Positions 1 through 10,000 of a stretch of 17,450 nt of DNA are shown piece after piece (positions within the stretch are counted from its first letter, which is position 1; each line of letters opens with the position of its first letter). A model generated the notes under the pieces. The model saw nothing but the letters and a program-made list of their open reading frames with translations, ran no database searches and was not told where the DNA came from. Position numbers and translations under genes: made by a program. Source of the DNA: Trichoplax adhaerens (lineage: Eukaryota; Animalia; Placozoa); assembly GCF_000150275.1 (NCBI RefSeq), contig NW_002061025.1, positions 1-17,450 on the forward strand, in the 5' to 3' direction.

Positions 1-84
1 CAGTCATGATCGCCTTTGCTAGCAGACTATTTTATCTTCTCATGTTATTTTGACCAAGAACCTCAATCTTAATCCTGAATCTTT

Positions 85-715
85 TTACAAATGTTTTCGT
101 TTTCTCTTCAAATCTCTCTTTCACTGCCATTTATAATTACAATCGAATTAACTCAACTATTGCATTCTCCCCATGGACGAATATGCAATGGTGTTTTGCA
201 TTATTTATTTTTGGGCATTGGTTTTACTGACATTAGGGGTATACTTTATCCATCTGTACAAAGCACACACCCATCATCTTGATTGATAGAGGTGATGTTA
301 ATTTAGTTTATTAATAGCTGAAGAGATCGCCATCTACAATATTACAAGACTGTCATCAATATCTACTTTAGACTAGATGGGATGCTTAATGATAGATAGG
401 CTGCAATTTTGCAATCCATTTTCTCCATCCCTATGTTGATCTTTATGTTCTCCTCCTATTTTACCAATGTTTTGTTACAGATGTTTTTCATTTTCTCTTT
501 CAAGTCGCTCTTTGACTACGATTTGTAATAGACATTAAACTAGCTCAGCAATTGCATTGACCATAGACTAGACATAGACTACTTTTAATTATGCTTTGGT
601 TTATTTATTTTTGGGTATTGGTTTTACTGACATTGGGGGTATACTTTATCCATCTGTACAGTATGCACATCAATCATCTTCATTGATTATGGAAGCAATA
701 TTAACTTAGTTTATT
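85..715. repeat. Diverged direct duplication, ~400-bp period (approx. 85-312 vs 475-715)
   Basis: 201-260 vs 601-660 match at 58/60 nt; the flanks align more loosely. Confidence 0.85.
710..715 (-). promoter_or_regulatory. Putative AATAAA polyadenylation signal of the NB-ARC gene
   Basis: AATAAA on the minus strand about 65 nt downstream of the stop. The context is AT-rich, so the motif is weakly diagnostic. Confidence 0.4.
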
Positions 716-778
716 GTCACTCTCGTTAAATTGCATTGGGTACAAGATACAAGATTAACTTTACATTTCATGCAAATA

Positions 779-1078
779 TCATGTCTTTTTCACGTGGGTT
801 ACTAAGCAGTAATCCTTTCTACTCCTGATGATGAGTTGAGAGTGTTGAAGATTCCATTGCATGTCCCATATCCGGAAGTGAGGGAATGGTAGAGTGATTT
901 GTAGCTGTAGTGTTTGGGGGTTATAAATATTCAAACTAGAGTATTTTTCATATAGGATTAACTGCTTGTCCGACCATAGATTTTCATGGTTGAAGAATTG
1001 TGTGAGAGGCTTGAAGTATTTGATATTGTCTTTGTATCTTTTCATGCGTAAATTTCCATCTTCTTCTTGGTTGAGTAT
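779..1078 (-). CDS. Exon 21, terminal (ILNQEE...IWDMQWN...VKKT*)
   Basis: cctatag| acceptor, open frame to TGA at 779-781; final propeller-like blade. Confidence 0.78.
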   Translation of the reverse strand: MLNQEEDGNLRMKRYKDNIKYFKPLTQFFNHENLWSDKQLILYEKYSSLNIYNPQTLQLQITLPFPHFRIWDMQWNLQHSQLIIRSRKDYCLVTHVKKT

Positions 1079-4000
1079 CTATAGGCATTGAATTTTATGA
1101 TTAGCACAACCTACGTTCAACAATGACGACGTCACATTGATTGTATCCAGTTATCGTTGTCTTACTGCTATATGGTCTCCATTTTCCAGTAGTAGCAAAA
1201 GTTCGTCATCTTTCTATAATGAATTGAATGGAATGTAACGATCAGCTATGGACTAGAGTAGAGTCATAATCAACATATTACAGTCGTTGTCATCCTCCTT
1301 CCAACTCATTTCCATATTGACACTGCGATCATTATGACTTACCATTACATAATCAATCATTTCGGCATCTTTCTCTCCCCATACATCAACTAATTTTTCT
1401 ATCTTCATCCGAAGAGGCGAATGTTTAATCTTATTCATCATTATTTTACACATTAATCCTTTATCCCATTGGTAGTCAATATTTTCCAGTAATTGATATT
1501 CACCATCCCCAAACTTGTAACACTACAATAAATTCAAGTTGGAAATGTCGTTAATGGTCGTCTCCATTTGCAATAGACGTCAAAGTCGACATTCAAGGCT
1601 ATTTTCGACATGAAACTGAACAGTCAATTTATAGACGGTTCCACTTTAGAATAGAGATTAAATGGAAATAAATTATTCTAGCTTACTTTCAAGCTACGTC
1701 TATCATCTTTGTTTCTTTCCCAAACATAAAGATAATCATCATCAACATACACAACACGAGCACCATGACTCAATGTCAGTCGATTAACGCTCTTCTTTCC
1801 GGTCGTAAGGTTAACAGTTATTATCCACTTTTCACCTACGTAGGATGTCTGAAATAAATCAAATAAATGAATCCTTCGACCAATTGACCTCCAACGTAAT
1901 TGTAAAATCAGTTCAACAACTTCTTATGTTAGCTAATAAGCATTCTCATTTTCATCATCTTCTAAATAATACTACCGTCATTTTCATACAAACTTCAAAC
2001 TGGTATTTTCAACATACGTTCATGAGAATGAGTGTGTTATCCTTCTTTCTATATCTGAAGCGTATTTCATCTTTAACAATCTTCAAGTGTCTTTCTCCAA
2101 GTCTTCCATTGATTAATTCCCTGTACTTTCTACAATCTTCTATACCTACAAACTCGATCAGCTGCAACCAATCAATATTATTCAATTCAATTCAATGGAG
2201 CAGAGGATTGAACAAAGTCGATAGAGCTACTAGTGCTGATGAAAGCTTAACCTACGTCGAATATGTTGACGGTAGTTTGGGGGTTACGTTGGGGTCTACC
2301 AACATCAACTGATTTTGTTTGAGAGATATCTTGCCAAGCAATTTTATCGCCTTAGTTTAATAAAAACGATTGTGACCATGAATGAATGCATGATTGAATT
2401 AGAGTTGTTGTACAACCATCATGTCTTACCTTGTAAATTATATTCATATACATCCCGTTTATCATAAATAAGCAATCGATGACTACCAGGAATAAACATT
2501 GATCGACCAGATTGATCAACTCTAGCACGAGATTGGACTTGATCACCACTCATTTTGAGTATGTGTTTCTACATATATCACAGTATTACGATATAGAACT
2601 AATATTACTGCACTATAAAATATTATGCTGATCTACTTTATGACGCATTATCAATATGAGTAACCCAATATTGCACTAACCCTAGTTATACATTCAATAG
2701 CGATCATTGACTGATGGCCTGATACCAAAATATTCTTAACGAATGTAATATCATGTAATATAATTCGAAATTGATTTTCGAATTCGAAAACTTGTTTCAT
2801 TTTTAACTGACCAATTGTACTACTAATATGTCTGGTATATGACAATATCATATAGGCTGCATCACGGTAGATGTTGATGTACGTTAAACGCTTGCTATGT
2901 TGAAAATCATTATTTTTAAAGTACTGACCATCATCCTTTGCATGGATGAAAGCAGGTACTTTGAATGATCGACGAGTCCATTTCTTTACATTCCACATCT
3001 ATCCATCAAATTGATACAAATAGCTTTTATCAATTGGATCTAAGAGACGATATTTGACTTGACTGCATTTAGTCAATTGTAGCTTACTTCAATTTGACAT
3101 TCATTAATCCAATTTTGCGGATCGACAGGTTCATAGTCTTTAGACTTCCCTCCTTGACTTCGATATTTTCTCCACCACAACAAGACACAAACACTATCTT
3201 GCATTAGTACCCATCCACAATATTCTATTTTGTATTGGCGTGATATTTGCTTATTTGTAGGTTTAATACAATTCCCCTCAATCTTCCAAATCTAATAATA
3301 CACAGCACAACAACAGTTGAACACAACAGTTTTCGATCACTTGGCATACTTAAATTAATATTCGCTTAAACTCATATTCACTGCTAACCCTAACTTCACG
3401 GGAATCTCCAGAGAGTGTCATGATCATTTTGGTTTCAGATTGAGGAGGGCAAAATTGTACGGAATCAAAGTCAGTCTTAACGTCTTCCCCTTGATCGTTT
3501 TGGGCAAAGCTTATTTCTTCATTTTTATCGAGATCGTAAACGATCCACTCGTCCTAAGAATATTCAACAAATGAATGAAAAATTAACTTGCCATCAACTC
3601 AATCCTACTCAAATTGCAATGTGCTACCTTTCTGCTGAATTGCTGGAAGGCTGCAGTCCGACCGTCAGCTGAGATTTCCACTTTTTCAATATCCATGTTT
3701 GGTGTTGATATTTGAAGCACAGTTTGTGATGTTTGATAATCTTGAATCTATTAAAGCAATTGCAATCGTGAGCAAGACATGAATTGACATGAATGACATG
3801 ATAGAGTAACGAGTAATCAGCATTGATTTTATTGGCAGTCTATGACTGATTGGATTGTATTTTCAGCACTAGTTCAACGATAGTCCATTCTAATTCTTGG
3901 CCTTTGCCGTTTTATGATTGTATACTAACATACCACAATTTGGCAGTCTCGTTTAAGATTGTTTTGAGTACCAATTATTCGCAAAGGTCCAAACTCGGGA

Positions 4001-7000
4001 TTCGAAACTGATATAGACTGATCCAATTCATTCTTACCGATTGCTTTGCATGCATCATAAGTATATGGAGTTGTTGCACTAGTTGAACACCTATTTGCAA
4101 GTCAGAATCGACAGTATAGTGTAAATTACAGTAGGTAGTACTGCTATGGATTGATGAAATTGGAAGTAGTTTACTTACCTTGACATGCTCCAATAACTTT
4201 CACCATTTCGCACATTTTCCTCAGCTAATTGCAAAGCTCGCTGTTTCATCCAACTATCTGACATGCTAAACCACAAGATCATTTGAACGACATTATTTTT
4301 GTGTACATCTAGCCAAGGTTGTTGCTGCTTGAGGAGCTGCTTGAGTTGATCGAAATCCTCCCAGTTCTGAATGTAAATTAACCATTAAAACGATATTAGT
4401 CGTATTTTGAAAGAAAGCGCTGGAATGACTAGCAGTCGATTTATAATTATAAAAATGAGTCGACGGCGTGATCATTTATTACGTTAATCAAAACATGATA
4501 AAATATGGACATTAGTAAAAGCGACTGTCCAACTACACTTTAAGCATGCAAATACTTATATAGTGATAAAAATGACGCAGCCCGATTTGTACAAAGTAGA
4601 TCGTCAGTTTGAAAACTGCAAATACCAATACCAGGTGGCGTAAGTAACTAGGATTTCTACATGTTATATCATTAATCACTACCTTGAACAATCTACACCA
4701 AAAAATGGATGATGGAATCATTTGTACAGTTGTTATTGATCCATGGTATACAGAGATGAAAGTAATCAATCTTTTCATTCTATTGAATTAACTACATCAA
4801 TTCAGTATCCAACCTTGTTTCTTTTCTTTAGATAGTCGACGTAGTCTGTTAAATCGCATTCTAGGTAATAGATCGTCCTGTCTATTTGAATTTTACGTGT
4901 CATCCAATCGAAATCGGTCATAATACTTTGAAGATGTTGATCATTTTCAGCTATTAAAGCATGATGAATAAGATTGGAATAGAAATAGCCATCATCAGGG
5001 AAGGTATTCCACTTTTCATGGCACTGCTTATGGTAACCATCGATCAACGTTTTGTGTGTATCCACTTGTTCGGACTTGGAGAGTCGTTTCTGTAGATAGT
5101 CGACCATCAAATCGTGTAGAACACAGTGCGATCTTGACAAAGTAAGGGAAATCAATGGGATTAATACTATTTACAGTGGTCAATGCAAGGCTATCGATTG
5201 TAGCACTGCATTGAGAATAATTATAACAATTATAACAATTATAGCGTATGTAAAACTATGGATTGAATAGCACTGGCTCGATTATTGAGAAGAACATATT
5301 GGATAGTCATTGCAGATGAATTGGATTACAGAATCAAATTACTTTAGACGATAGCAAATCATAATTTACTATCAAACTAAACAGTAGCTAATAGAAAAGA
5401 TTAATTAAATAAAAGTAGTTTTGGCTAGTTATCACTAAAAGAGAAAGAGAGCCTTATGGAAGAGGGTTAGAATTCAATTTACTGTGTAGGATATTGTGTG
5501 CAATGTGCAGTGTGTATACAAGGCTTGCTTTGTAGACATACATTCGTAGATCGCTTGAAGATGGAAGAGGAAAATAGTAAATGCCGATTGACTACGTTAG
5601 GTAAGACAATTTATACTTCACAATATAATATTTGCATTATTAATGATGGAAGTGAAAGCGTCACAATTCTAAATTTTACTAGTAACCTTAATATGGTGAT
5701 AATGTTGATTTAGTAGATAAAAAAGGAGACAAAACTAATAGCGCAATATTATCAACCTACATCTAACGATTGATAGATATTCTTATTCTGTACAGTATTT
5801 GCAGAATTAATATAGCAGCCTATGTATAGTCGTCAAAACATAGAATAGGCAATCATCGTAACTAGTATGACCTTTTTATAAATCGTGATACAACCCAAAT
5901 ATATTAACAAGTAGATAAAAAGTATTATGTTCTGTATCTTACAGATTGCATATATCCTAGCTTATTGCACTTGTATTCCAATAACTAAAATATATCTACA
6001 AGTTACACTCGTTCAATCTGTTCATTCCATACCTATAAGGCATTGCAAAATTACTCCATTAACTTAACTTGGGCATACAGTATTCTAACCAAAATTAACA
6101 TAAAGCAGATATATGATAGCTTATTCGACATGCAAGTACTGTACAGTCACAATCAATTTAAAATACTTATCAATCTGTTCATTCTATATCTATCACTATA
6201 TATGCCTACAAGGTAGGTCATGCTTTGAATATTAAAATATAAAGCATTGCAAAATTGTACATCACTCAATTAAGTTAACTTGGATATGCAGTATTCTACT
6301 CTACCCCAAAATTAAAAAATAATTAGTGTTCAAACATGATTGATGCTCTAAATGTATTGCAATTTACTTTGTGTTTATTTCAATACGTTCTACGAACCGA
6401 AATCTGATTAAACTTACTTTTCTTCATCATATGTAAGTAATGATTTGTTATGCATTTTCTTTACGAGAGGACGAGCTTCGATTACATCGTAGTTCCATAA
6501 CGATGCAACAGATTGAATAGGAATACTGACTCGCTTAAATACAGCTAGTTGCTCAAATAATTGTTTATTCTCATTTTCCAAAGAATCAACACTTAATTGT
6601 AAAGTCCCGTATAGATTGAAACCGTAATGAGCTAATTCAATATCTGCAGACTTTTTGGCAATGATACCCTTTGCTCGATTCCATTCTTTCTCAGTTTCTA
6701 AACCAAGACGGCCAATTATAGCGATAGCTAATGGTAAACCTTGACAACTGTCGATAACTTTCTCGACAACTGAACTTTTTAGCAATGTCCGAGCATTATC
6801 GTTAACGGCAAGTAACGCAAGCAGTTCTATAGCTTCCTTATACTCTAGTTTTTTCTATACAAGAGAGTATATGAAATAAGAATTGTATTTATCATAATTG
6901 TTCGGATAGGTTACTTAATGACAAAATAGAGAAATCATAGCGGTGAAGTTTACTTCAACTATAATACTATACTCCATGCCACTTTAATCAATACAGTTGG

Positions 7001-10000
7001 AAAAAAATATAAATTCATTTTTGACCTTTTATTGCATGAAATGAACAATATCGTCAGAGCAATTCAACTGTATTGACGCTTTTAACTATATTTTATCCAA
7101 CATAAATTTGAACATGTGTAATTTGAAAGAAGAATCATGCAAAGTGGATTGATTAATCAAGAGAACATCGACATCAATATTTGCCGATTCCAAATTATAC
7201 TGCAATATATAAGAAACTGAATTACAAAACTAACCGGTAAACGGATAAGACCATCGCCGCGCTCTTTTGCACGGTCCTCAAATCGTGAAGTACAGATTGA
7301 CTTCTTGGCAAAAGATAAGTATTTGTAATGATCCTTTTCCCAGATATCGTCAAAAATAAATAGCGTATCGGATAGTTTGCTATTTGCTGTTATAAGAATA
7401 ATCAAATAACTATTAATACTGTACCTTAAATATAATTCAAGTTGACATAGAATTGCTTATAAAAGGCTCAAAAATCACCTTCTAGGCTAGAACAGAGATA
7501 AGCACGAATTTCGCCGATAGATTGAATATTCTCTTTCCATTCCATATTAAGATCGATACCTATTCTCTTGAGTTTCTGGCATAACTCGGTATTAGATATA
7601 TTGCCTAAATTAAGATAAGTGTGAATCACCATCGCTGCTTTAACCAAAGCAGGGCAATTTAACGACCTTCGACAGCGCGTACATTTCAACAAAGTTAAGT
7701 TTAAAGGATCTAACAAATATGTATCTCTTTTCCCATCTTATTTTTACGTTTTAGAACATATTACTTTATTCGCTCCAGTAGATAAAGGGTTCGTTAATAA
7801 CATGATAACCCACTTATCGATAATCCCTAAAGATCTAACCCTAACAAAGTTATGGTTCGATTTCATATTATCTCTCGACGCAATATTGCCTAAAAATAGT
7901 ACACAATCATAATGCTTTCGACTACTGGTTAAATATGGCCAAATTTTTTAAAAGGGGAAAAATTCCACGGTGTCATGATTTTTAAATCAGGTTACAGTTA
8001 TTAATTTGAATAGGAATTTATAGTTGATTCTCATATACTAGAAAGTATACTTTACCGTACTATTAATTATAAATGGTCATCACTTTCAACGTCATTTAAT
8101 GCGGTAAGGCAGCTATTTTATTATATCGTGGTCTGTAATTACTTTTGCTACATTATTTTCGTAGAAAGAAATGCTCTTATAATTATAATTGAACTACGAG
8201 TTAAAGTTATCTTACTAGAAGCTCCATAAATATTGAAAAATTAAAAACTATGATCATTACATGGTAGCCTACTTGATGGTATTTACTCATAAAATAAGGT
8301 TTAACTTATTTATCTCTTGGCAATACTTTTATCGATTCCATAGGAACAATATTCTCATCTCGTACTTCTTATAATTCTTCTAATGATACTAGTAAATGCT
8401 TTCGGTCCGAAGTAGATAAGGAACAGGCGGGGTAAGCTTATGCTCTACTCCAAATTCGAATTGATCAATTTTACAGATACATTGTATGGATAATTGTACA
8501 GTAATAGTCGCCCAAATACATTACTTATTAATACTTGAAATATCATCTGTAAGACTTGCAGACTTACCGATTTTCATCCAGTAACAGCCATTTGATTTAA
8601 ATGAGCCCTTTTTAGTAGCTTGTCTAACAGACTGGCAAACAGTTGTTGTTTTACCACTACCAGCCATACCATGTATTAAAATTTTACCGTTAGACTTGTC
8701 TATTTCCTGTAATTGAGTACAAATTTGGTCTACAATTTTCTTCCTTATAACGTAGTGACTCTCTGGAGTTGGAGGAAGCTGTCGAAGAGGAATTTCTAAT
8801 TGTGGAATGAATTATGTATAATGGAGGCTTTAATAAATTGGAAAGGACATGTCACAATTGCCTTTCGTCTTTAGCGTTGAGCAAGAACGATTATTTTCGC
8901 ATTATAAATGAAACTCATAGTAAATGTTTATGAAATTAACGGTACAATAACTGGCATATTCTAAACTTGCACAGGATAAACACGACTAGTAAAACTCAAC
9001 AAATAATATCCTTAATCTAATAGCAAGAGCGTTTGAACGTCTAATGAATTTCTAAAGTGATTTTTGATATAAAAAAACAGGTTTTATCGCAGATTTAAAG
9101 AGCTGTCACTCACGCAAATAAAATTGAATATTGCGCGACACTGATGATGAATTAAAAGAATAAACCCATATTAATCTGTTCAGGAAATACGCTTACGTTA
9201 AATAAGTGAAAACATAACTAGGTGTACTTAAGTCTTATGTGTTGGAAGGTAGATGTTCTTACAAAATTCTTTCATTGAACTACAATCTATAACTTTTTAG
9301 CAGTAAATCATTTCAAGAATTTTAAATATTGTATAAAATTGACATACTATGTTAAAATCACAATTCTATATTAAACAAGGAAACCCTCGGGTCGATCAAT
9401 TAATTGGGTAGTATTTTATATCAGTTTTACGTATTTAGACTAGCACAGTAACAGATACGATTAATATTATTCGCTATCAGTAGACGTCGTCGTATACAGG
9501 TAAAATATCTTACGAAGACAACAGCAGATCTTAGAAATAACAGACTAACTCATTTATTTACGTGCGTTAAACAAGTACAAATACAACTAGGTATATCTTC
9601 GTCCTATGTGTTGGAAGGCAGAAGTTGTTACTTCATTCTTTCAGATATTAACTACAATCTCTCATTGTTAAATTAATCATGGAAGTAATTTCAAGTTTTG
9701 AATAAAATCGATATTCTATGTTAAAATTACAGCCCTGTAATAAATAAGGAAACTATCGGATTGATCAATTCATTGGATAGTAATCTACCTCAGTTTGAAT
9801 GCAGTCTGCCTACATCCATCATCTCTTTTTAATTTAAGCGTCGNNNNNNNNNNNNNNNNNNNNNNNNNNNNNNNNNNNNNNNNNNNNNNNNNNNNNNNNN
9901 NNNNNNNNNNNNNNNNNNNNNNNNNNNNNNNNNNNNNNNNNNNNNNNNNNNNNNNNNNNNNNNNNNNNNNNNNNNNNNNNNNNNNNNNNNNNNNNNNNNN

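Noticed and set aside
91-282. Plus-strand 63-aa ORF within the 400-bp duplication
   Set aside because: The equivalent frame is broken in the second copy; no recognisable motif.
1845-2312. Plus-strand 155-aa ORF
   Set aside because: Antisense to exons 16-17 and their introns; composition unlike a real protein.
3975-4475. Track ORFs 3975-4193 and 4293-4475 (also 2352-2549)
   Set aside because: Wrong frames overlapping true exons 9, 10 and 15.
4533-4778. Minus-strand 81-aa ORF between exons 8 and 9
   Set aside because: Exon 8 splices in phase to exon 9 and gives a continuous HD2. Using this ORF would need an implausibly short intron, and it has no family similarity.
5215-5243. Short (attataaca)n repeat
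   Set aside because: Trivial intronic low-complexity slippage.
779-8795. Assigning the gene symbol APAF1
   Set aside because: No CARD is seen and the propeller region is very divergent, so orthology cannot be supported; only an 'Apaf-1-like' call is made.
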